Sequence record: MG592456.1
Direction: 5' to 3' (one strand)
Length of the DNA: 64,000 bases
Positions 51,179-61,300 of this stretch are shown piece by piece. Under the pieces are notes generated by a model that was not told the DNA's origin, did not search any database, and worked only from the letters and a program-made list of their open reading frames with translations. Within the stretch, counting starts at the first letter, position 1, and each line of letters opens with the position of its first letter. The position numbers and the translations under genes were made by a program.

Positions 51179-52030
51179 ATGCAAGCAAAATGGACGGAAA
51201 TGTTTTACAGTATTCAAGGCGAGGGAAGATACACTGGTCAAGCTAGTTTATTCTTTCGTTTTTGGGGCTGTAACCTTGAATGTCATGGCTTCGGTCAAGA
51301 AGATCCGACAGATCCCGACACTTATGTGCTCGATTTTAAAGAATTCGACCCGAAATCTGAGGGAATTACATCAGTTGAAGACTTACCCGTCTTCCAACGC
51401 GGATGTGATTCAAGCTACACATGGGCTAAGAAGTATTCACATCTTGCAATGAAAACTGAAATCTCTGACGTGTGCGAAATGATGCTCGATAAATTGCCGA
51501 ATCGCAAATGGGGTAAAGTGCATTGGGTTATCACGGGCGGTGAGCCGATGATGAATCAGCCTCAAATCGTAGCTATGATGGAATACTTCCAGTCAATTGG
51601 TAATATGCCCGCGGGTGTGACAATAGAAACAAACGGCACTCAGCCTCTGAAAATGGATTGGTTGTATGTATTCCCAGAGCTGAATTTCAGTGTATCGTTC
51701 AAGCTGTTTAATGTCACAGGTGAGTTGAACGAAAAGGCAATTAAGCCTGAAATTGTCAATTCATATGCTCAAGTGGGTAACGTGTGGTTAAAGCCAGTTG
51801 TCGTTGATACAGAAGCGTGCTGGAATGAGCTTGATATGTTGCTTGCTCAATATACATCACAACGAAGACTCGGCAACGTTGACGTTTATGTGATGCCGTG
51901 TGGGGCGACTCAAGAAGAACAAGAGCAAGACGGTTACATGAAATCAATTGCTAACAAAGCATTGGCTCGTGGGTATAATGTTTCTGCACGTATGCATGTG
52001 TGGATTTACGGGAATGCAGTCGGCACGTAG
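51179..52030 (+). CDS. queE: 7-carboxy-7-deazaguanine synthase QueE (radical SAM, insertion variant)
   Basis: EMFYSIQGEG..TG..SLF.RF.GCNL.C...GCDS, ITGGEP, IETNGT, R.HV.IYGN. Confidence 0.9.
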   Translation: MQAKWTEMFYSIQGEGRYTGQASLFFRFWGCNLECHGFGQEDPTDPDTYVLDFKEFDPKSEGITSVEDLPVFQRGCDSSYTWAKKYSHLAMKTEISDVCEMMLDKLPNRKWGKVHWVITGGEPMMNQPQIVAMMEYFQSIGNMPAGVTIETNGTQPLKMDWLYVFPELNFSVSFKLFNVTGELNEKAIKPEIVNSYAQVGNVWLKPVVVDTEACWNELDMLLAQYTSQRRLGNVDVYVMPCGATQEEQEQDGYMKSIANKALARGYNVSARMHVWIYGNAVGT

Positions 52031-52056
52031 TGTGCCATTTTATAAGTGAGGGTTAA

Positions 52057-52308
52057 ATGATTATATTTGGACACGTTGTTGGTATGTTAGGTATGATTCT
52101 GATCTGCCTAGCCTTCTGGTTTGTCACAACCGAACGTTACGGGCCGAAGCACAACACATACTTGTGGACAAACATGACTGGTGCGATTCTGTTGACGATT
52201 AGCTTGCTAATCAACTTCAATTTAGGTAGCTTTATGATTGAGTTATTCTGGATTTGGATCAGCGGCACCGCGTTGTGGAAGAACTACAGATTGAAAAAAA
52301 CTTCATAA
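52057..52308 (+). CDS. Small 3-TM membrane protein (CBU_0592-like)
   Basis: G.LG..LI..AF...Y...N..GA.LL.ISL...FN...F.IE.FW..IS. Confidence 0.65.
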   Translation: MIIFGHVVGMLGMILICLAFWFVTTERYGPKHNTYLWTNMTGAILLTISLLINFNLGSFMIELFWIWISGTALWKNYRLKKTS

Positions 52309-52376
52309 AGTAGTTGAAGTAGTCATGAGTTCGTGTATAATTACACATGAATTCAATGACTACTACGGATAACATA

Positions 52377-53382
52377 ATGGCTAAATCTAAAAAATCGAAA
52401 AAGGTGAAAAAAGTCGCAGCGCCTAACTTCGTTGCTAAACACATGAACACTTTCAATCATGCTACAGTTGAGGATGACCGAAAGAAACAATCCAAACGCT
52501 TAACTAATCGCAAAATGAAACATAAAGGTAAGAAATATGAGTTTTGATTTATTTTCAGGCATCCCGGGTGGCATTGCCAAGCCGAAGTTCATCCCTGAGT
52601 GTGATGATCATCAATTTTTCGATGATTGTCGAAAATTAGACTGGTTGTATTACTTCTCAGATGACGGTCGTGTTTTTAGCGCGGGTGAACGTGCAAAGTC
52701 TGCGCTGAAGCAACGAATCTGTAATGAACGTCGTCATGCAATATTCACAGCGTGGGGTGATTACATGACTAGCGGTCGTGGGTTCATGCGTGAGCAACTA
52801 CCACTTCCAAAGTGGGAAGACTTTAAAGATGCATAAAGATGTACTGGGAAACGTTATTGAAATGAAAGACATTGTTTTTCGTCTTTCAAAAGAGCGTTTG
52901 TGCGTCGAGCCTTGCATCGTTACGGGATTTACCCAGTACAAAGTTTTATTAAATGACGGTTTGCAGTGCGATCCAAATCGAATCGTTGTAGTGACTGAGC
53001 AAATTCAGCATAACAAGGTCGACAACTGGTCTAATATTTTAGAATTCAAATATAGACTAAACATAATACAGGGCAATATTCGCCTCAGAAAACAAAGTGA
53101 GCAAAACAAATGACATTTTTTAAGAAGCTACTAGCACTATTCTCAAGCAAGCCACGTGAAACGTCGGCAATCCTTGACGACATGAACGAACGCGCTGCGG
53201 AATTACGCGCCCGGGCAGTTCTAGATCAAGCCAAAGTTGATGAAAACATCGCTGAAGAAACTCGCATTCGCGAAGAACTTGAAGCGAAGGTGAAAGAACT
53301 TGAACACAAAAATTGTGCTCACAAAGCGTGTATCGCACATGCAAATCGCGTCGCAGAACGTTTCGACGAATTCGTTGCCTAA
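52377..53382 (+). CDS. Hypothetical ORFs 52377-52547 (basic), 52537-52836, 52829-53113, 53110-53382 (coiled coil)
   Basis: Tiling; promoter TATAAT at 52336-52341. Confidence 0.7.
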
Positions 53383-53409
53383 TGTAACGAATATCGCATA
53401 TTAAGTTGT

Positions 53410-53439
53410 AAAAGCCTCGACTAGATTCGAGGCTTTTTT
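53410..53439 (+). terminator. Intrinsic terminator
   Basis: AAGCCTCGA-ctagat-TCGAGGCTT followed by a T-run. Confidence 0.85.
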
Positions 53440-53474
53440 AGGTCTGTACTAAATATAGTAAACAAGGGGTACAC

Positions 53475-54602
53475 ATGAAAAACTTAAATCAATTTATGGA
53501 AGAACTTCAATTAAATGAAGTTCACGTTCGTGGTGCTAAACCGCGCAACGGGTCAAAAGTTCTTGCTAATGGTAAGAACATTTGGGTGTGGAATAACGCC
53601 CGCGAATTTCAACGACTTGCTCCGTTCATCAACCGAGAACTTGGTACTGATTTCGAAGAAGAATACGACGTTGATGACTGGTACGAAGAGGGTGCTCAAG
53701 CGGTATATGGTGAAGTTGAAAACAACAAGCTCACTCTGAACGGGTCTAGCGCATACAGACCGTCGAATACATCAGATACATTCAGAAAAACAATCAAAGC
53801 ATTGAACTTGAATGGATCAAGTCGCCGAAGTCAGTCATATGACGCGAATAGCGGCGATGAAGTCGAAAACGATTTTGAAACAAGTCGATATGAGTTCAAT
53901 CAAAAGCTAAGTCAAAAACGTTTTTATCACGGGACGTCATCGAAGTATATTGAACAGACATTGAAGATGGGCTTGCGTCCATCACCCGATAAAACTCAGT
54001 TCAATGATATTGAGCACCAAGACAAAGTCTTCATTACGACTGAACTTGAAAAGGCGATGTTTCACGCGACAACCGCAGCCGAAAATACAGGTACGTTCCC
54101 TCTGATTCTTGAACTTGAATTGCCAGATGCAGCAAAACTTGTTTCGGATTACGACGTTGTTATTGATACCATGGGTGCTGATTCTGAAGAAGCTCAAGCA
54201 CTAGGCTACGATGATATTTTCTATCACGCGACTCGAAACGGGAATCACGGTAATGGTCAAAAATATGACGACATGCAGAAGAGATTCGGCAAGCGTCTTG
54301 GGCAATTGTCAACTAAATTAGGTATATTTGGTTACAAAGGTCGAATCCCAGCAACGTTTTTCACCAAAGTGCTTGCAGATAATGACGCGATGGAAGATTC
54401 CATGCCGGATTATTACTTCAACACTAACAACGAAGAACTTGACTTCGACGAATTCGAAAAAGGTGAGGCAGCGGGGTTACGCTCGTATGATTACTGGAAT
54501 GAAAATCGACCGAAAGATTTCGTGCAAGATATAAAAGACATCTACAGCAACGTCTACGACGAATTCCAAGAGGAAGACGAAGAAGACGACTGGGACGACT
54601 AA
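53475..54602 (+). CDS. Putative capsid-packaged ADP-ribosyltransferase-fold protein
   Basis: N-terminus MKNLNQFMEE resembles a T4 capsid-targeting signal; FYHGTS...GLRPS...VFITT...PLILELELP; ACTAAATA at 53448-53455. Confidence 0.6.
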   Translation: MKNLNQFMEELQLNEVHVRGAKPRNGSKVLANGKNIWVWNNAREFQRLAPFINRELGTDFEEEYDVDDWYEEGAQAVYGEVENNKLTLNGSSAYRPSNTSDTFRKTIKALNLNGSSRRSQSYDANSGDEVENDFETSRYEFNQKLSQKRFYHGTSSKYIEQTLKMGLRPSPDKTQFNDIEHQDKVFITTELEKAMFHATTAAENTGTFPLILELELPDAAKLVSDYDVVIDTMGADSEEAQALGYDDIFYHATRNGNHGNGQKYDDMQKRFGKRLGQLSTKLGIFGYKGRIPATFFTKVLADNDAMEDSMPDYYFNTNNEELDFDEFEKGEAAGLRSYDYWNENRPKDFVQDIKDIYSNVYDEFQEEDEEDDWDD

Positions 54603-54645
54603 ATAACAGGGAGCACTTTTGCTCCCTTTTTTAGGACTCAAAATC

Positions 54646-55128
54646 ATGTATAAATGCAAACATTTTAAAATTCAAGAAATCGTAACGCCACAAATGTACG
54701 CTGCATGGGGTGATCGGTGCTGGTCATTGTTCGACGAGCGCTTGCTAATCACGCTAGACGCGCTCAGAGAACGATTCGGTTCATGTACTATCAATGACTG
54801 GATGTGGGGCGGAAACTTCAAATACAGCGGTATGAGAGACGAACACTTCTATAGTTCAGTTCAGGCGTATCTGAATTCTCGCTCACAGCACAAATATGGT
54901 CGGGCAGCAGATTGTAAATTTTCAGCAATCGTTGCCGCCGAAGTGCGTGCATACATCCTAGAGAACCCATCTGAATTCCCACATGTCAAGTTCATTGAAA
55001 CGGGACCGTTGGCGAATGGCAAGACAATGACATGGGTTCACATCGACGTACGCAATGGAGATGTGACATGCTGGTCGCCGGTTGAAGGTGTTATCTCTGC
55101 ATCTGAAGTAATTCGCAGAAAACTTTAG
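54646..55128 (+). CDS. Peptidase M15-family endolysin
   Basis: HF...E, L..LD.LRE.FG...IN.W, SG.R, SQHKYGRAAD, WVHIDVR. Confidence 0.9.
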   Translation: MYKCKHFKIQEIVTPQMYAAWGDRCWSLFDERLLITLDALRERFGSCTINDWMWGGNFKYSGMRDEHFYSSVQAYLNSRSQHKYGRAADCKFSAIVAAEVRAYILENPSEFPHVKFIETGPLANGKTMTWVHIDVRNGDVTCWSPVEGVISASEVIRRKL

Positions 55129-55190
55129 TTTAGAACAGTTGTTTTTGACGCTATTATATATCCGTACTCACACAATAAAAGGTCTAATAT

Positions 55191-55901
55191 ATGGGCAAGA
55201 AAAAGCTTACTGGCGACGCAACAACATTCCGTCACGTCGAACTCATGACGCAGAATCAAGAAACGTATGCAACTGCATTGAAAGCGGCGGTTCAGCCTGA
55301 CGGTAGCGATGCATTCGTATTTGCGATTGGGTCAGCCGGTACGGGTAAAACGTGGTTGGCGACAACACTGGGTGCGGATATGTATTCTGCATTCGATTAT
55401 ACTCAGTTTATCATTATCAAGCCAACGATTTCATGTGGTGAAGATGTGGGGTTCTTACCGGGTACGCTTGAAGAAAAGATGGCACCTTGGATTCAAACAG
55501 TTGTTCAGCCGCTGAAGGATCGATTGGGCACTGACAAATTCGAATGTGATTGGAATAAACGTATTCATGCTGAGCCGGTTCAATTCGTTCGTGGTAAGAC
55601 ATTTGATAATTGTTTTATTGTTGTTGATGAAGCGCAGAACTTAACAAAAACTGAAGTTCAGACTATTATGACTCGTATCGGTAAAAATACGAAGATGGTA
55701 TTTTGTGGTGACTTGAAGCAAAACGATCACAAGATGATTTACCGAACAGGTCAGAAAGAACTCAGTGGGCTTGCATGGGTAGTCAATGAAATTCGCACGC
55801 AACGTCGTCCGGGTATTGAAATCATCGAATTCACTAGTAAAGATGTTGTACGTTCTGGTGCGTGTAAGATGGCGCTTGAAATTTTTGAGGCGGCTCAGTA
55901 A
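55191..55901 (+). CDS. phoH: PhoH-family ATPase
   Basis: GSAGTGKT, GFLPGTLEEKM.PW, RGKTF, VDEAQN, TRIG, GD.KQ.D. Confidence 0.95.
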   Translation: MGKKKLTGDATTFRHVELMTQNQETYATALKAAVQPDGSDAFVFAIGSAGTGKTWLATTLGADMYSAFDYTQFIIIKPTISCGEDVGFLPGTLEEKMAPWIQTVVQPLKDRLGTDKFECDWNKRIHAEPVQFVRGKTFDNCFIVVDEAQNLTKTEVQTIMTRIGKNTKMVFCGDLKQNDHKMIYRTGQKELSGLAWVVNEIRTQRRPGIEIIEFTSKDVVRSGACKMALEIFEAAQ

Positions 55902-57094
55902 TGGCTAAATTAATCGAAAATAAAACAGTCAAGATCACAGATGTCGGCAACTTCAATCTCGTTGTGAAATTCTGGTATGAAGATGAAGACGACACGACGT
56001 GTGATACCGAAATGACTCTCGATGTCGGTGATATCGTCAATTTGAAAGTGTTTGAAGACCCGACAGTCCCGGGTGGGGTGTATTCGAGAGTTTTAAAAAC
56101 GACGAAGCAATACACAACCACGCTCGGTAATGTTGTACAAGATCGAACCTCGAAAGACTACGTGATGAAAAACGATAAGCATCGAATACAGTTCACGACT
56201 GCAATACGATGAAAAGAGGCCCCGATTTAGGGGCTTTTTTGTATATAATCGAGGGACATCGTGTTACTATTTTTTGATAGGGGGTGATAATGAAAGTAAA
56301 TCAACCAGTCAAAACACGATGTTCAAGTCACATCGCTGAACAACTACAGCACGCCGAGGCGATTAATGAACAGAACGGAAATCATAATTCCTACAACGCA
56401 GGTTAGGAACGCAGGTTATGAATTCGAAGTCATCGACACCAACAGATTAGACCATTTCCACGTACGCTGCGTAACAAACACGCTATATGATAACAACATA
56501 AAAGGATCACAATTAGACGGATATCGTGTTGAGATCACATTAATGGATGCCGAATCACTTATCTTCTTGAACTCGATGAATCTCTATGCTAACTTCACGG
56601 AATCAAATAGAGCTAACAACGGAATGAAACGTATCAAATCGGCTAGATTTGATAATCATCTGTATTATTCGGAGCAAGAATCATGGTTTAAATCAATACT
56701 AAAACAAAATAAAATCCAAGTTACATACCCTGACGGAGTGAGTCGTGCGAAGCTGCCGACGTATTATACGTGTGGCTTACGACTATCAAACGTTAGGAGA
56801 TCCGCAGACAAAGCCTGTGGAATGCTATTGTTAGACGAGAATAAAAAGCCGAAAATATACGCATTTGCAATCGGTAAGCTCCGATATGTGATTTCCGCGT
56901 ATGACAAGAAATTAAATCAGAATTGTCCTGCTCAAATTGGGCGAAAAACAGTTGACGTGATTGAATGTATTGATTACAATGATGAAGACGATTGGTCTGA
57001 CGAACATGACCTAGAGAACGCGCATCAGAATATGACAATCCCGGACGTCTCTGATTTGGACAAAGTATTAATGTCGCTCGACGACGAATTATGA
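55901..57094 (+). CDS. Hypothetical ORFs 55901-56212 and 56366-57094
   Basis: ORF track; hairpin/T-run at 56212-56240 between them. Confidence 0.65.
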
Positions 57095-57103
57095 GACTTT
57101 ATA

Positions 57104-57388
57104 ATGATTGAATCAAAAAACACTACAAATGAAATTGCTCTTGAAATTGCCGCTTTCGCATCACTTTTAGTAAAACTCGGCTTCGATGAATGTGTTGAAA
57201 ATCAGAAATTATTTGTGGAAATGTGTAACGAAACGGGAATTAGAACATCAACAGGCAAAGAATTCACGCAGATGTCATTTAGACAAATGTTTGCCAGACT
57301 CCCCGCTAAAACAGCGCGTGAAGTTCGTGAAATATTTTCGTGGGGTGTTGATCACCAAAACGAATCAATATTAGAAACCATAAATTAA
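57104..57388 (+). CDS. asiA: Anti-sigma70 factor AsiA homolog
   Basis: EIAAFASLLVKLGFDECVENQKLFVEMCNETGI...GKEFTQMSFRQM vs T4 EIITVASILIKFSREDIVENRANFIAFLNEIGV...GRKLNQNSFRKI; convergent to the tail-fibre cluster as in T4. Confidence 0.85.
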   Translation: MIESKNTTNEIALEIAAFASLLVKLGFDECVENQKLFVEMCNETGIRTSTGKEFTQMSFRQMFARLPAKTAREVREIFSWGVDHQNESILETIN

Positions 57389-57396
57389 GGAATCAC

Positions 57397-57708
57397 ATGG
57401 AATTTGGAGATTTTGGATACGCATTGAGTCACCTTAGAAAAGGTACTCGATTAGGTAGAAAAGGGTGGGAAAGTTCATTACACGGACCTATGTTCATCGT
57501 ACTGATGCCAGAGTTATATCTACCTGCATTCAACACACAAGACACGTTTATAAAGGTGAATGATCGAACGGCAAAACATATCGGTGAAGACACTGCACTT
57601 GACAGTCAGCCATACATCGCAATGTTCACAGTCGATGGGAAATGGCAACCGGGATTTATCCCATCAATTGCAGATATACTAGCACACGACTGGTATATCC
57701 TCGAATAA
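57397..57708 (+). CDS. DUF2829 / Tad2-like protein (candidate anti-Thoeris sponge)
   Basis: FG.AL..L.KG.RL.RKGW, QPYIAM.T.DG...PG..PS..D.LA.DW. Confidence 0.8.
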   Translation: MEFGDFGYALSHLRKGTRLGRKGWESSLHGPMFIVLMPELYLPAFNTQDTFIKVNDRTAKHIGEDTALDSQPYIAMFTVDGKWQPGFIPSIADILAHDWYILE

Positions 57709-57715
57709 CGCCCAC

Positions 57716-57747
57716 AAAAAAGGGAACACTTTAGATGTTCCCTTTTT
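57716..57747. terminator. Bidirectional terminator
   Basis: A-run GGGAACA-cttttaga-like loop-TGTTCCC T-run between convergent genes. Confidence 0.85.
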
Positions 57748-57756
57748 AATTCGGTC

Positions 57757-58332
57757 TTATTGGTTCCCGCTTCTAGCTGAAAGTTTGTCTACTTTCGCGT
57801 CGAGTCGATCAACTCTATCAATCAAATGTCTACCATCCGCGCCAGTGAATTTATCTTCACCTTCATCGTGTCTGATATGCATTTCCACTCTAGCTAAATC
57901 ACTCATCACTTCAGAATATCGTTCGTTACTCAAATCGAGTTTCACCCCAAGCTCTCGCTGAGACTTCTTTAGGTCATCATACGAAACCATAAGATTCGAG
58001 TCGCCTACATCTGAAGAGACTTGCAACGCAGTGAGATTGGCTTCAAGTCGCCCGTACTGCTTCAGCATTTCATCTTGTTTCATTACCATCAGAGAATTAG
58101 AACCCTCTAGTGAAATAAGCTGCTGTGCTTGCGTAGCACCAGTCAATTTAATGGCTGTGATCTCTTGCATTATCATGGTGTTTTGTTCAACGACGGACTT
58201 CCCTTGCTCTTGCACAACCTGCAAAGCCTCACGCATCCCGCCGTAATTTGTTGCTACACTCATTGATGATATAGCCAGAGGAATAAGAATTGTACCCACG
58301 ACGGCTAATGCTATCTGCCATAGTTTTGTCAT
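57757..58332 (-). CDS. N-terminal TM + coiled-coil late protein (holin position)
   Basis: Single TM, long heptad region; exact TATAAATA on the minus strand at 58383-58390; lies where T4 gene t lies. Confidence 0.45.
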   Translation of the reverse strand: MTKLWQIALAVVGTILIPLAISSMSVATNYGGMREALQVVQEQGKSVVEQNTMIMQEITAIKLTGATQAQQLISLEGSNSLMVMKQDEMLKQYGRLEANLTALQVSSDVGDSNLMVSYDDLKKSQRELGVKLDLSNERYSEVMSDLARVEMHIRHDEGEDKFTGADGRHLIDRVDRLDAKVDKLSARSGNQ

Positions 58333-58385
58333 AGTATTGGTCCTATGAAGTTAGGTGATTATTTCTTATCTCTGCTCAGTAGTAT

Positions 58386-61300
58386 TTATAAACGAAAAAT
58401 TCTCTTCCACCAAGGGCGTCTAAGCTCTTGTACGTCGCTCTGAAGAGACTTAATCATTTCTTGCTGCTCTTTGACACCTTCGATCAATAAACCCACGAGA
58501 TTGCCGTATGCGACTGAATAATGCCCATCTGGGTCGGCTTCAGTCGGGCCACCGGTCACTGCCTCGGGTAAAATCTCAAGAATCTCTTGAGCAATCACCC
58601 CAGTTTGACGACTTGTCGGGTTGTGAGCATCAGGGATAACCTCTGGGCTCATGTCAGTACGAGTATACGTATATCCACTCACTCGACAAATTTTATCAAG
58701 ACTGTTACTGATTGGCTTGATGTCGGTCTTAACGCGAATATCGGAATATGCAGTTACGTTACCACTAGTCCACAATCCATCACCCATTGCCGATTTACCT
58801 GAGCCATTAGCACAGAAAACGACTTGATGTCCACCAGCCATTGAGCCGCCAGTGCCGTTGTTAGTGTGCTTGTAAGCAAGGCCATAGAGATTGCCGAAGT
58901 TCGACCCATCTGCCAAGATAGCGTAGCTGTTGCCCATCGACCAGATATGCCCAACTTTGGTAGAGTCATAAATGCCGTACATACCCGCTCTGCGATAACT
59001 TGTGCTATTCGCTCTAATCTTGCCGTCACTATCAACTGTTAGACGATTGCCTAGTGCCGTAACAGTGTGGCCACTATGGTTGTGTGAGTTATCCCCAACA
59101 ACTGCGCTGATTGACACATTCGCAGAGCCATTGAATGAAACCGAGCCAGTAACGTCGCCTGTTAAGGAGATAGTTCTTGCTGTGGTTAACTTAGCAGCAC
59201 TAGAGGCAGTAGAAGCATTGCCGCTCAATGACGCCGTAATAGTTGTGCCTGAAAACTGAATGTAATTAGCGTTATTCGTGTACCAACGTTGGGTACCGCC
59301 AGTGCCACCCAACGTTTGCAGCTTAAAGCCATTATCAGTATTAACGCGCAAGATATTGTAAGCGCTGCCACTAGATGTAGCGTTCACAAGCAAGCCGCCA
59401 TGACTGTTATGATCCCAACTGCTGCCAATAGGGGTGTGCGAATAGAAGTAATCCCCCGCAGATTGAGCCGTGGCATACAAGTTTCCCGCTCTAAGCGTGT
59501 TTGTTGAGCCTTGGATCTCTACACCTGTTGACGAATACAGCGTATCGCCAGAATGCCACACAACATCATAGTAAGTGGAAGACGCATTAGATCCATTTAC
59601 ATCAACCGTATCAGCCCAAGTAGCTGTAGAAGCATTACCAGCTAGAGCCCCATTAAAAGTAGTAGCCCACATAGAAGTGAATTTCCATGAACTAGTACCA
59701 ATCGCGCCAACACCATTAGATTGTGGTAAAAATCCAGATGATGGAGCTCGCAACCATGTACCTTGAGTCGGCAATACCTGATCATAAGAACCAGACGTTG
59801 ACAGCCATGCGAATTGCGTTGCTTGCCTGCCATCTAGCAAGTCTGCATCTAAGCCAGATCCACTACCATCGTTCCCCGCGCTGTAAACTCTATTGCCCCC
59901 GTCATAAAGACCAGCGTTTGCGTTAATCGCTCCACTGGCGTTAATCGCTCCGCTAGTCAATGTGTTTGTTGCGAAATTCTGACTGCCACTACCTGCTTTA
60001 TATGCAAATCTCGCATTGCTTTCAGTTTCAGTGAAATAACGCCCATCGTGAGTATGCGAGTCATTAGCCACAGTCGTGCTAATCGTAACCGTTTTATTAC
60101 CAGATCCGTCGACTGACATGCTTGCAGATCCAGTAACATCGCCTGTTAAAGTCGTTGTTAACGTTCTTGCAGTTGTCCATTTATCTGCATTCGGGTGATA
60201 ATTGTCCGCAAACACGCGCTGATTGCTGTTGGCATACATGTTGCCGGCAGCGTATGTATTGCCTGTATGCCCGAGAACCCAAAACGATCTTTTGTTAATG
60301 ACATGTCCACTGGTGGCAGAACCCGTGCTTGATAATACGTTGAAACTATCGTTGGAATCATTGGCATAAATGACATTATAAATGTGACCATTTTCAGTGC
60401 TGTCAAATATTGCACCCCCAGCAGTGCCTGGAACTAAACTACTATAACTGCCCGTTTTATATGACGTGTTGACAGTAACCGTTTTGTTCGCAGACCCGTC
60501 GACTGACATGCTAGCTGTACCTGTAACATCACCAGTTAAAGTCGTCGTTAACGTTCTTGCAGTTGTCCATTTATCTGCATTCGGGTGATATCCCTCATTG
60601 AATAGACGATACCACCTCTGCCACTTGCCCGCACCATTAGGAGAGCTGGGGTTATCAGAGGCACCTCGTATATAAAACGAATTGTCGGACGAACTATACG
60701 ACGATGAGATCTGCAATCCCTTTTGACTATCCTGAGACACCGAGAAAATATAAGAATACTGTACAGGATCATTAGTGCCCGGAGGGTTTCCAACCGTATA
60801 GTGTCGTAGTCGATTCCCCCCTGGACCATCCGGAGTCGACCCTCCGAGTTCGATGCCAATCCCCCCGTTAAATAAATTTAGACCAGTCCATGTGTTATTG
60901 CCGGTTAGTGGCCCATATCGAGTGTCATGAGTATGCGAGTCATTAGCAACAGTCGTGTTGACAGTAACCGTTTTATTACCAGACCCATCAACGCTCATGC
61001 TTGCAGAACCCGATACGTCACCGGTTAAAGTCGTTGTTAAAGTTCTAGCAGTCGTCCATTTATCCGCATTCGGATGATATGCATCATGAAATACGTTATT
61101 GCCGTTGTATGTAATCGCTGACGACGCTACTCTGAATGTGCCACCCGACGTCCCAACATGAAATTCCCCATCAGTTCTTACTAATGAACTACCGAAATAC
61201 ACCCCGCTAGTGTGCGTGTTCTGATCGTTTATTCGCAACCATGAATCCGTCGAACGAATAGCGATCTTTGATTTCATTGAAAAATTGTCAACTGACGAAT

